The notes under the pieces are model-generated. The model searched no databases and was not told where the DNA came from. It saw only the letters and a list, made by a program, of their open reading frames with translations. A stretch of 32,000 bases of DNA from Opitutales bacterium (GTDB taxonomy: Bacteria; Verrucomicrobiota; Verrucomicrobiia; Opitutales; PNEW01). Position 1 is the first letter of the stretch, and every line of letters begins with the position of its first letter. Of the stretch, positions 19,950 through 28,950 are shown in pieces. Where the stretch lies: the NCBI GenBank assembly GCA_965219535.1, contig CBDCNV010000002.1, positions 1,920,001 to 1,952,000 of the forward strand, read 5' to 3'. The position numbers were made by a program, and so were the translations under genes.

Positions 19950-20483
19950 TGTACTTCTCTTAATTGCTAATTGAAATTTGTCTTTGGTTTATATTGTCAT
20001 CTCTAAAAAAGATGAAGTGCATTTTAAAGGTACTATTGAAGCTAAAATTGGGTTACGGTGGATTATTTTTGAAAAATCAGTACATATGTTTCTGATTAGA
20101 TAGAATATATTACAAGTATCTATATTCGGGTTGCTTGGTAGCGACATGAGGTATTATTGAGAGATTGTATTAATCAAATGCGATATTAACGCTATAATTC
20201 AGTCATTAAATGAAAAGAAAAGATCAATTTTCACTATTCATTAGATTAATATTTTTTTTACTTACATCCTTATTGGGGTTGGAGATCCAAGACTACTGGG
20301 GTAGCTGGCCTTATTTTTTGAAGGGAAAAGTCTTTGAAGAAGGTGCGTTAGAACGACTCAATAGCGACATAACTCAAAGGGAAAACGGATAAAATATATG
20401 ATGAACACATTATCAGAGTGGAGTGACCCCCAAAAATCGTATCATTTACAGAGAGAGGTTATCGGGATAAACAGATAACCTCA

Positions 20484-20777
20484 ATGAAAAGAAAAAGATA
20501 CACAACAGAACAGATTATAACAATATTGCGGCAAGCCGATACCGGTAAAACGGTACAGGAAATCTGCCGTGGAAACAACCTGAGCGAACAGACTTTCTAT
20601 CGCTGGCGTAAAAAATATGGCAATTTAGAACTTGCCGATGCGAAGCGATTTAAAGAGCTGGAAAAAGAATTCACGAGCGCAAGCGAGAAGGCCTGACATA
20701 CCGAGCTGAAGAAGCTGCTCGCAGATCAAATGCTCAAGAATCAGGTAATGGAGGAAACGCTGTCAAAAAAATGGTGA
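20484..20777 (+). pseudogene. IS3-family transposase OrfA (HTH + leucine-zipper part), interrupted by an in-frame TGA at 20694-20696
   Basis: MKRKRYTTEQIITILRQADTGKTVQEICRGNNLSEQTFYRWRKKYG is a typical IS3 OrfA HTH. After the TGA the same frame continues HTELKKLLADQMLKNQVMEETLSKKW to the stop at 20775-20777. Confidence 0.8.
20765..20771 (+). promoter_or_regulatory. programmed -1 ribosomal frameshift slippery heptamer A AAA AAA (OrfA to OrfAB)
   Basis: In the OrfA frame the sequence reads tcA AAA AAA tgg tga. Slipping by -1 gives AAA AAA ATG GTG AGC = KKMVS..., which is exactly the OrfB frame. This is the standard IS3-family arrangement. Confidence 0.8.
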
Positions 20778-21736
20778 GCCCAAAGCAGAAGAAACGAGTA
20801 GTAAAAGCTGCGGCTGAGAAAGGGTTGTGCTCGTTGCGGAGGGCTTGTGCTTATCTCAGCCTGAGTTGGTCAACGTTCAGTTACCGGCCCAAACAGGCCA
20901 GTGAGAAAGCTCAGCGGTTGGTCGAGCGGATTGTGAGCTTGTCCTGGAAACATCCCCGCTACGGTTACCGGCGCATCCGTGCCTTGCTGGTAAAGGAAGG
21001 CTGGACAACAAGCAGGAAGTTTGTCCAGGCGGTACGACGTTCAGAAGGGCTGCAGGTAAAGCCCCCGAAAAAGGGCAGACACCGTCAAGGAGTCTCTACG
21101 GGGTCACCTACTAAAGCAAAGGGTCGCAATCACGTTTGGTCCTGGGACTTTGTCCATGATCGTACAGACAACGGCGGTCCATTAAAGATGATGACTCTAA
21201 TCGATGTACCGAGGAGCTGAAAGCGACGACACTCAAGCGAAGCGAAGACATATACGCGTAAATGCCTGGATATCCGGGTCGCTCGTCAACTCACCTCAAC
21301 CGATGTCCTCTCTGTGCTTAGCGAGGCCATTGAAGAGGAGGGACCTCCCAGCTATATCCGTAGTGACAACGGCAGTGAGTTCATTGCTCATCAAGTGCAG
21401 CAGTGGTTGTCCGGTAATAACATAAAGGCGATCTATATCGATCCGGGCAGTCCCTGGCAAAACGGTTTCATCGAGTCGTTTCACAACCGCTTACGCGATG
21501 AGTGTTTGAACCGTGAAGTGTTGCTCAGCGTGGCTGAAGCGCAAGTGGTAATCGAACAATGGCGTCAGACCTATAACCATGAACATCCCCACAGTCGTTT
21601 AGGCTTCAAAAGCCCACAAGAGTTTGTCAGATTCCTTTCCGATCTTGGCCGCGTTCGGGCTACGCCCTCACTTCGCCAAGATCTCTCATATACATCAATC
21701 CTAAAACCATTAACACCCGGTAACTCTCTCACTTAA
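20771..21736 (+). pseudogene. IS3-family transposase OrfB (DDE/RNase-H-fold catalytic part), interrupted by an in-frame TGA at 21218-21220
   Basis: ORFs 20771-21220 and 21314-21736 share one frame and are separated only by that TGA. DDE landmarks are HVWSWDF, IRSDNGSEF and ESFHNRLRDECLN. The through-reading is LIDVPRS*KRRHSSEAKTYTRKCLDIRVARQLTSTDVLSVLSEAIEEEG. Confidence 0.8.
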
Positions 21737-21851
21737 ATTGGTACGAAAAACGGGGTCCGATCAAAATTGCTTAGAAAAGCTGACATCGCATTTTGAAAGT
21801 TGGGATGTAGATAATCTTTAATCAATAGCGGCCACCATATGAATAATACTT

Positions 21852-23111
21852 ATGGATAATAAGATCGATTATAAACAGTACGCTATTCTTTATGTAGATG
21901 ATGAAGAAAAATCTCTGCAAATTTTTAAACGTGCATTTAAAGATCAATTTAGAATTTTTACCGCAATAAATGCGAGTGATGGATACCGGATTTTTGAAGA
22001 ACACCAGGATGAAATAGGTTTACTTATTACGGATCAACGAATGCCTGGTGAAAAAGGGGTTGACTTGCTGGAAAAAACTCGCCGCTTGCACCCTCACATC
22101 ATCCGCATCCTGGTAACTGCTTATTCAGATATCAACGCGGCTGTCGATGCGGTTAATGCAGGTGCTATTTACAAATACATAAACAAACCATGGGATATAA
22201 CTGAACTTAAATTGACGCTCAAACAAGGTTTAGAATTTTTTATCGTGCAAAAAGAGAGAGATCGTTTGATGCAGGAGAAATTTTCCGTCCTTCGGAATAT
22301 GGTAATTGCCGACCGAGTTATTAGCCTTGGTATTCTAGCGGCGGGTTTAGGCCATTATGTTCGTAATTCGTTAGTTGCAGTTAGGACCTTTCTCGATTTA
22401 GCGCCAACAAGATTACAGGAGGAAAAAATTAACCTTGAAGAATTACATAATCCTAAATTTTGGAAGGAATTCTATGACCATGTTCAAAATCAAGTTGGTC
22501 GAATATTAAAGCTTTTAGAAAACCTGGGAGGTGTTACCGAAAGTTCTTCAGTTACTGCAAAAGATGAATTGCATTTGAACAATGTTATCGAATCCGTTCT
22601 CGGTAAATTAAGCGAGGAGCTGAAGAAAAAGGAGATTTCAATCATCTCAGAAATCCCTGATGGTTTACCTGCTTTAACCGTGAACAACATTAATTTTCAT
22701 CGGTTATTTGAGCTTATATTTAAGGATGAAATAATCAATTTACCGACAGGTAGTGAAATTTCGATTCGTGCTCAATCCCTTAACCCTGAAGAAGACGATG
22801 GGTATGATATTAAAGTAGAAATCTCTGATAATGGTCCTGGCTTACCAGAAGATGAGTTAAATTATGTTTTCGACCCTTTTTACTTGCGTAATGGTGATCC
22901 ACAAGAGTTTGGGATTAATCTTATGGCCTGTTATTTCATCGTCTATCATCATGGCGGTAAAATTGATATAGAAAGTAATAAAGATAAAGGAATAAAATTC
23001 GTATTAACATTAAGAACACAGAAACCGGAATTCGAAGATGAAGAGCGTGAATTTCTCGGTAAAGTTTTAATGAATGAGGAAATGTGGCATAAGATCATTT
23101 CGAATTATTAA
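21852..23111 (+). CDS. hybrid two-component protein: N-terminal receiver domain + histidine kinase core
   Basis: 419 aa. REC: ILYVDDEEKSL...LLITDQRMPGEKG...INKPW. Kinase: H-box-like AAGLGHYVRNSL, G1 ISDNGPGLPEDE, then GINLMACYFIVYHHGGKIDIES. The N box looks degenerate (ELIFKDEIINL). Confidence 0.85.
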   Translation: MDNKIDYKQYAILYVDDEEKSLQIFKRAFKDQFRIFTAINASDGYRIFEEHQDEIGLLITDQRMPGEKGVDLLEKTRRLHPHIIRILVTAYSDINAAVDAVNAGAIYKYINKPWDITELKLTLKQGLEFFIVQKERDRLMQEKFSVLRNMVIADRVISLGILAAGLGHYVRNSLVAVRTFLDLAPTRLQEEKINLEELHNPKFWKEFYDHVQNQVGRILKLLENLGGVTESSSVTAKDELHLNNVIESVLGKLSEELKKKEISIISEIPDGLPALTVNNINFHRLFELIFKDEIINLPTGSEISIRAQSLNPEEDDGYDIKVEISDNGPGLPEDELNYVFDPFYLRNGDPQEFGINLMACYFIVYHHGGKIDIESNKDKGIKFVLTLRTQKPEFEDEEREFLGKVLMNEEMWHKIISNY

Positions 23112-23207
23112 TATTACGGATAAAAATATTATTTCTACTTTAAGAACCTTTCATTAAAGATAAATTGAATTATAATTCATGGGTAATTACTTGTGAGATG
23201 ACAGATT

Positions 23208-24332
23208 ATGACATCGGCACTCTCAGGTGATCATTTGCTAATTGTTGATGATGCTGAAGGTCCGAGACAATCTCTCGACCTGATTTTCAGGGATCAATAC
23301 AAAGTTACAACGGCTTCGTCAGGAGAAGAAGCGGTTGCCCTTTCTAAAAAGGAACCCTTTGCCATAGCCATCGTTGATATACGCATGGCGGGGCTGTCGG
23401 GAATTGAAGTTCTCAAGGAATTAAAGGAAATTTTTCCCTTTACAGAAGTTATTATCCTGACCGCTTACGAATCGCTGGATTCTGCTCGTCAAGCCATCGC
23501 CAATGGAGCGAGCGAATATTTGAGTAAGCCCTTCGAGATCGATCACATACAAGAGGTCGTCAAGAAATGTCAGAATCGTTTTAATTTTATCACGAAACAG
23601 GATCGTATCATTCAAGACGAGATTGATGAGGTTAAAAATGCATTTATAAATCTATTAAGCCATGAGCTTAAAACTCCATTGAACGGCATCGTAGGATTTA
23701 CCGATTTATTAGATGACGGGAATTTGAATAAAGATCAGAGTGAATATATAAATGTAATAAGAAAATGCAGTTATCAATTATTGGATATCCTAAATGACAT
23801 ATTGGAATATGCAAAATTAGCGGCGAATAAACATATCGTGACCAATGAATTATTTAATCCCGCGACCCTCTTATTGCATGCGATAAATAAAATAGATAAT
23901 GAAAATCCCAAGTTATCGATCAATGTTGATATACCGATAGATCTGCCGCCGTTGGTTCAGGGACCTGAGTATGAAATTAAAACAATACTCAATAAACTTA
24001 TTGATAATGCAGTTAAATTTACCCCATCGGGAGAGGTTAATGTTGCACTAAAGCAGGAAATTCAAAAGCCAAATGAGATTCTCCTAACATTCAGCGTGAT
24101 GGATAATGGGTTGGGCATTCCCCAGGAAATCATTGATTCGAGTCAATTATTTAAACCTTTTTCGCAAGTTGATGATACACCGACTAGAACTTATGGGGGG
24201 TTAGGGTTGGGTCTGGCATTGTGTAAAAATCTATGTTCGCATATTGACGCAATAATAGAAGTAGAGAGTAAACCAGGGGAAGGAAGTCGATTCCTTTTCG
24301 CAGTGCCGGTGAAAGAAGTTTCGCTTGCTTAA
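23208..24332 (+). CDS. hybrid two-component protein: receiver domain + HisKA + HATPase_c
   Basis: 374 aa. REC: LLIVDDAEGPRQ...IAIVDIRMAGLSG...LSKPF. HisKA H-box LSHELKTPLNGIVGF. N box LNKLIDNAVKFT, G1 VMDNGLGIP, G2 GGLGLGLALCKNL. Confidence 0.9.
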   Translation: MTSALSGDHLLIVDDAEGPRQSLDLIFRDQYKVTTASSGEEAVALSKKEPFAIAIVDIRMAGLSGIEVLKELKEIFPFTEVIILTAYESLDSARQAIANGASEYLSKPFEIDHIQEVVKKCQNRFNFITKQDRIIQDEIDEVKNAFINLLSHELKTPLNGIVGFTDLLDDGNLNKDQSEYINVIRKCSYQLLDILNDILEYAKLAANKHIVTNELFNPATLLLHAINKIDNENPKLSINVDIPIDLPPLVQGPEYEIKTILNKLIDNAVKFTPSGEVNVALKQEIQKPNEILLTFSVMDNGLGIPQEIIDSSQLFKPFSQVDDTPTRTYGGLGLGLALCKNLCSHIDAIIEVESKPGEGSRFLFAVPVKEVSLA

Positions 24333-24399
24333 ATCATTGCTATTATTCTGTGATCTGAAATTGATAATTTAATTATTATAAATTGAAACTTCATAGATA

Positions 24400-25581
24400 G
24401 TGGCAAAAAGCACTCATATTGCGGTTATAGGCGCCGGTGCATTCGGATCCTGGACTGCATTTTTCTTATTACGACAGGGAGTGCGGGTTACATTGCTTGA
24501 TTCCTGGGGACCGGGTAATTCAAGGTCCAGTTCAGGAGGAGACACACGTGTTTTAAGAGCCGGTTATGGGGAACAAACACATTATGTAGAGCTTGTTGCT
24601 CGTTCTCTGAAGCTATGGCTGGAGTGGGAAAAAAACTGGAACTGTAAATTATTTCACCCCATGGGTCTTCTTCGCATGTATATTGAAGATGATTCTACGA
24701 TGCGTGCCTGTCTGCCCGCATTAAAGAAATTTAATTTTACGGTAGAATCTCTGCCCATAGAAGAAGCTAGTAATAGATTTCCACAGGTAAATTTTGAAGG
24801 CATTAAATATGCCTATTTTGAAAAAGATGCGGGGTATTTGCTCGCTCGTAGATCCTGTCAAGTCGTGGTTAAAGAATTTCTCGAGGAGGGGGGTGAATAT
24901 CTGCAGTCAGTGGTTAAACCAGATTCAGTTAAGAATGGTGAATGTAAGGGCCTGGAGCTTTCGGATGGTTCTCGCCTGATTGCCGACAAATACCTCTTTG
25001 CTTGTGGTCCCTGGTTAGGTCAAGTATTCCCAGACTGGCTAGGTCCCTTGATCCGACCAAGCCGACAGGAAATTCATTATTTTGGACCGCCAGCTGGAGA
25101 TTTGCGTTTTCAGGAGGGGATGATGCCCGTATGGAGCGAAATTGGTGAAAAGACATATTACGGAATTCCAGGAAACGAGCATCGTGGATTTAAAATTGCA
25201 TTGGATAAACCCGGCCCGGATTTTGATCCAACAAATGGAGATCGTATCCCTTCAAGTGAAGGTATAGCCGATGCTCGTCGACTATTAGCCAAACGATTTC
25301 CAGAATTAGGGAATCCACCGTTACTTGAAGCGCGCGTCTGTCAATATGAGAACAGTCCGGATGCAGATTTAATCATAGACAACCATCCCGAAGCATCGAA
25401 TCTCTGGATCGCTGGTGGTGGGTCGGGACATGGTTTTAAAATGGGACCTGCGATTGGAGAATATCTGGCTGCGCGTTTACTCGAACAAACTCCATCTGTC
25501 GATTGCTCGATGGATAAGATTTTTTCGCTCGATCGGTTTCAAGGACCAATCAACTTTTTAAGCACCGGTGCCATTACCTGA
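24400..25581 (+). CDS. FAD-dependent amine oxidoreductase (DAO family, monomeric sarcosine oxidase / N-methyltryptophan oxidase-like)
   Basis: 393 aa, GTG start. Dinucleotide-binding IAVIGAGAFGSWTA, C-terminal GGGSGHGFKMGPAIGE, and ARVCQYENSPDADLIID, which resembles the covalent-FAD cysteine region of the sarcosine oxidase family (from memory). Confidence 0.8.
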   Translation: MAKSTHIAVIGAGAFGSWTAFFLLRQGVRVTLLDSWGPGNSRSSSGGDTRVLRAGYGEQTHYVELVARSLKLWLEWEKNWNCKLFHPMGLLRMYIEDDSTMRACLPALKKFNFTVESLPIEEASNRFPQVNFEGIKYAYFEKDAGYLLARRSCQVVVKEFLEEGGEYLQSVVKPDSVKNGECKGLELSDGSRLIADKYLFACGPWLGQVFPDWLGPLIRPSRQEIHYFGPPAGDLRFQEGMMPVWSEIGEKTYYGIPGNEHRGFKIALDKPGPDFDPTNGDRIPSSEGIADARRLLAKRFPELGNPPLLEARVCQYENSPDADLIIDNHPEASNLWIAGGGSGHGFKMGPAIGEYLAARLLEQTPSVDCSMDKIFSLDRFQGPINFLSTGAIT

Positions 25582-25673
25582 GGCAATAGAGATTGATACA
25601 GCGAATAAAACCTTTTCTTAATTATTAGCATATTTTATTTTCATATACTAATTTAATAAATGGAGACTCTTTT

Positions 25674-26495
25674 ATGAAAAGAAAGCCAGATAGATTGATC
25701 GACAATGACTTTCATTATGGTGATGAGGAACACGCTCACTATGAAAAAAAAGGTTATTTTATTTTCAAAAAATTCCTCTCAGATGCAGCGATTGAATATT
25801 GTCGAGGGCAATTAGAAAGGATGCTTGGAGAATTAAAATCCGACTTCTCTCCGGATATGATGATTGGCACCCACCAATTGGGGGAACAGTGGATAAGTGA
25901 TCTAGCTATTGAGCCGAGATTATTAGATCTAGTAGAAAGACATATTGGGCCTAACATTGTATTGTGGGCCTCACACCTTCTTATTAAACAACCACATACG
26001 GGTCGACCTGTCCCCTGGCACCAGGATGCTCCCTATTGGAATATATCTGGTCCTTTTTCAGGAAGTGTATGGGTGCCATTTGACAATATTGATGACGAAA
26101 ATGGGGCGATGTCTATAATTCCGAGTTGGCACAATAAGGGAACCTTGAAAAGGCTTAATCGAGACAAGGAATTCAAGGAATTTTCTGAGGAAATTGATCC
26201 TGAATATTTACCCGAGAATATTGATCAGGTAAAAGTCAAATATCTTATGAACGCTGGCCAGATGGCGATCCATCATACCATGTTGCCTCACAATTCGGTG
26301 CCAAATAAATCTGATCGTTGGCGTCGAGTACTGGTCCTTCGCTATATGGTGAGTGATTGTCAAACGAACGATATGGAATATGAAGATTATAGAACGGGAG
26401 AACTATTTCCACGGCAATACTACTTAGTGCGTGGAAAGGATTTGCTCGATCAGGGTCTTAATACCGATCTTCTTCATGCCACTGTTAAAAACTGA
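25674..26495 (+). CDS. phytanoyl-CoA dioxygenase (PhyH) family Fe(II)/2-oxoglutarate-dependent oxygenase
   Basis: 273 aa. GYFIFKKFLS start, H-x-D in VPWHQDAPYW, distal His in MAIHHTMLPHNS, Arg in WRRVLVLRY. A GGAG ribosome-binding site lies upstream. Confidence 0.8.
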   Translation: MKRKPDRLIDNDFHYGDEEHAHYEKKGYFIFKKFLSDAAIEYCRGQLERMLGELKSDFSPDMMIGTHQLGEQWISDLAIEPRLLDLVERHIGPNIVLWASHLLIKQPHTGRPVPWHQDAPYWNISGPFSGSVWVPFDNIDDENGAMSIIPSWHNKGTLKRLNRDKEFKEFSEEIDPEYLPENIDQVKVKYLMNAGQMAIHHTMLPHNSVPNKSDRWRRVLVLRYMVSDCQTNDMEYEDYRTGELFPRQYYLVRGKDLLDQGLNTDLLHATVKN

Positions 26496-26516
26496 TTGAT
26501 TGAATTGTAAATTGAG

Positions 26517-27497
26517 ATGGCGAATACGAAGAAAAAAAAGGCATTTTGGAATGATTTACCACAAGGCTTTCATCACCGTCGGCTAGGAACAAAGGCTGTA
26601 GGTTTTGAGACCTATGTCTGGAAGGGTGAACCCGGGCCCGTGGTTTTGGCTAATGCCGGAACACATGGCGATGAATATGAAGGACCTAATTTCTTAATTT
26701 CCATGGTTAACTCCTGGCGACCGCGAAAATTACGTGGAACCGTGGTAATTATTCCGGTTTTGAATGAAGCTGCGTTTATGGCCGGATTGCGATGTCACCC
26801 TGGGGATGGAAAAAATCTGGCCCGCTCCTTTCCGGGCAGACCCGGCGGGAGTCCCATTGATCGGCTCGCAAACCTATTCCTTAAAAATGTAATCAGTTAC
26901 AGTAATTATTATTTTGATTTTCACAGTGCCGGAGTAGTCTATGAAATTGCGCCGTGGGTTGGGTATGTTACGCATCCGAATCGCGAGATTAATAAAACCC
27001 AGGAAAAAATGGCTGCATGTTTTGATAAGTATTGGTGCTGGTCAGCCCCCTATCTACCGGGTCGCACTGCCAGTGCTGCATACGAATTAAATATCCCCTT
27101 TATTTACACCGAAGGGCAAGGCGGTGGTGGCATTCTACAGCAAGACGTAAAAATCCTCAACGATGGTTTTTTTGAATTTTTAAAACGTTTTGGTTTTATC
27201 AAAGGTAGGCAGAGAAAATTACGCAGGCAGCATAAGAGAATCAGTAAGGATCCTAAAGAAGCATTTGTTCAAATTCACCATAAAGCCCCTACGACCGGGA
27301 TGTTGGAGCTCCAAGTGAAATTAAAAGAGGCGGTAAAGAAAGGCCAGATATTGGGGTATGTTTATCCGCTTAATGGTAAACAGAGAAAGGTCGTTAAAGC
27401 AGAGATATCTGGAAAAGTCGTGTTCCTCCGGCGTAAAGCATCTATTGAAAAAGGTGAAGGAATCATGGCGTTGGCGCCTATCCAAGGAAAATTATAA
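26517..27497 (+). CDS. succinylglutamate desuccinylase / aspartoacylase (AstE/AspA) family zinc deacylase
   Basis: 326 aa. Zinc-ligand motif GTHGDEYEGP, LNEAAF...R..P..G.NLAR.FPG, a second His in DFHSAG, and a C-terminal beta-rich domain. Confidence 0.8.
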   Translation: MANTKKKKAFWNDLPQGFHHRRLGTKAVGFETYVWKGEPGPVVLANAGTHGDEYEGPNFLISMVNSWRPRKLRGTVVIIPVLNEAAFMAGLRCHPGDGKNLARSFPGRPGGSPIDRLANLFLKNVISYSNYYFDFHSAGVVYEIAPWVGYVTHPNREINKTQEKMAACFDKYWCWSAPYLPGRTASAAYELNIPFIYTEGQGGGGILQQDVKILNDGFFEFLKRFGFIKGRQRKLRRQHKRISKDPKEAFVQIHHKAPTTGMLELQVKLKEAVKKGQILGYVYPLNGKQRKVVKAEISGKVVFLRRKASIEKGEGIMALAPIQGKL

Positions 27498-27528
27498 ATT
27501 GTCGCCCAATTAATACGATAGGAAAAAT

Positions 27529-28893
27529 TTATCCGGTCATCCCTGGTAAATTTCCACCCATTCCCGGTAAATCTCCTCCCATTGACTGCATCTTTTTCAA
27601 CATCTTTTTTCCTTTTGCTCCTTTCATTTTTCTCATCATTTTACGCATCATCGTAAACTGCTTAATCAGGGCGTTAACCTCGCGAACTTCCACTCCTGAC
27701 CCCGCAGCAATACGCATTCTACGTCTGCCATTTAGAAGGTTTGGGTTTTGTCGTTCTCTAGTAGTCATTGAAAGAATTATAGCTTCTGTGCGCTTGAGTT
27801 GATCTTCTTCTTTGTCGCCGATCTCTACATTATTCATTCCAGGAAGCATGTCGACTATGGACTCGAGGGAACCCAGTTTTTTGAGCTGTTTAAACTGCGC
27901 TAACATGTCTTCGTAATTAAAATCTGCCTTGCGCATTTTTTCAGCCATGCGATTGGCTTCTTCTTCATCAATCGTCTCCTGGGCTTTTTCTACGAGGGTT
28001 ACTACGTCACCCATGCCAAGGATGCGTGATGCCATGCGATCGGGATGAAATAGCTCGAGCTCATCAACTTTTTCTCCAATTCCAATAAACTTAATGGGAA
28101 TATTGGTAATTGCTTTCATGGATAATGCCGCGCCTCCACGAGCATCACCATCTAATTTAGTCAGGATTATACCCGTCAGGCTTAAGGCTTCATGAAAGGT
28201 CTTTGAAATATTTACTGCTTCCTGCCCTAAAGCGCTGTCTGCGACAAGTAGGACTTCATCCGGGACAATGCGTTTTTTTAATAGCTTAATTTCATCAACC
28301 AATTCGTCGTCAATTTGTAACCGCCCAGCAGTATCGAATATAATGGCATCAGTTTTATTTTTCTTGGCATACGCGAGTCCGTTGGTGGCAACCTTGGATA
28401 CATCTTTACTCGAAGGTTCGGCAAAAAAATGAAAATCTTCTTTTCCCGCAAGAGTTTCAAGTTGTTCGATTGCGGCTGGGCGATAGAGATCACAAGCGAC
28501 AAGAAGGGGGGTGTAACCTTTTTTATGCAGGTAACGGGCTAACTTTACGCTGCTTGTTGTCTTCCCTGAACCATGTAATCCGATCATCATAATTCTTAAG
28601 GGCCGTTTCTCTATAAGGTCATTACTGCCTTCCCCGAGTAGGTGAACAAGCTCATCGTGAATTATTTTAACGAGCATCTGACCCGGTGTAACCGATTCGG
28701 TTACTTTTTGCCCAATACATTCCGATGATACTCGCTCAATAAATTCTCGCGCTACGCGAAAGTGTACATCAGCAGTAAGCAATGCTGCTCGGACATCTTT
28801 AAAGGTGTCCTCCATATTTTTTTCCGATAACTTACCGACACCGCGAACGTTGCGGAGTGCGTTTCCCAGTCGATCTGTCAGTGTTTCTAACAT
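27529..28893 (-). CDS. ffh: signal recognition particle protein Ffh (SRP54)
   Basis: 454 aa. N domain, G domain GLHGSGKTT / DTAGR / TKLDGD, and a Met-rich M domain ([13 protein letters not shown]...MQSMGG). Confidence 0.97.
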   Translation of the reverse strand: MLETLTDRLGNALRNVRGVGKLSEKNMEDTFKDVRAALLTADVHFRVAREFIERVSSECIGQKVTESVTPGQMLVKIIHDELVHLLGEGSNDLIEKRPLRIMMIGLHGSGKTTSSVKLARYLHKKGYTPLLVACDLYRPAAIEQLETLAGKEDFHFFAEPSSKDVSKVATNGLAYAKKNKTDAIIFDTAGRLQIDDELVDEIKLLKKRIVPDEVLLVADSALGQEAVNISKTFHEALSLTGIILTKLDGDARGGAALSMKAITNIPIKFIGIGEKVDELELFHPDRMASRILGMGDVVTLVEKAQETIDEEEANRMAEKMRKADFNYEDMLAQFKQLKKLGSLESIVDMLPGMNNVEIGDKEEDQLKRTEAIILSMTTRERQNPNLLNGRRRMRIAAGSGVEVREVNALIKQFTMMRKMMRKMKGAKGKKMLKKMQSMGGDLPGMGGNLPGMTG

Positions 28894-28950
28894 TTACTTC
28901 AGGTAATTACCTTAAAATGCTGTTATAATAAATTAGTCAACAGCTTGTCA

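Larger units (their letters stand above)
20419..21763 (+). mobile_element. IS3-family insertion sequence (about 1345 bp), apparently decayed
   Basis: Two-ORF IS3 architecture with an A7 slippery site. Candidate terminal inverted repeats are TGGAGTGACCCC at 20419-20430 and GGGGTCCGATCA at 21752-21763, matching at 8 of 12 positions and starting TG / ending CA. No clear target-site duplication. GC is visibly higher than in the flanks. Confidence 0.8.

Noticed and set aside
20210-20392. 60-aa ORF with a hydrophobic N-terminus (MKRKDQFSLFIRLIFFLLTSLLGLE...) in the AT-rich gap upstream of the IS.
   Set aside because: There are no recognisable motifs and no clear ribosome-binding site, and AT-rich intergenic DNA easily yields such ORFs. 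It may be a real small membrane protein, but the sequence alone cannot support it as a feature.
20694-21220. In-frame TGA codons in the IS3 transposase as evidence for TGA reassignment (code 4/25) or selenocysteine.
   Set aside because: TGA clearly terminates well-conserved genes in this window at the expected protein ends: infB, truB, the 12312 kinase, the esterase, the FAD oxidase and the PhyH gene. I see no SECIS-like hairpin immediately downstream of either TGA.
21204-21484. ORFs 21204-21425 (+) and 21296-21484 (-) inside the IS.
   Set aside because: They are alternative-frame and antisense readings of the transposase OrfB region. The third frame gives the conserved YTRKCLDIRVARQL...IRSDNGSEF sequence.
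12203-27528. tRNA-Cys followed by about 15 kb of accessory-type genes up to ffh: a possible tRNA-targeted genomic island.
   Set aside because: There is no integrase. I could find no direct repeat of the tRNA 3' end (ggttcgattccggcc...) at the distal boundary or next to the IS. Base composition, apart from the IS itself, looks like the rest of the window. A whole-genome comparison would still be worthwhile, but the sequence alone does not support it.
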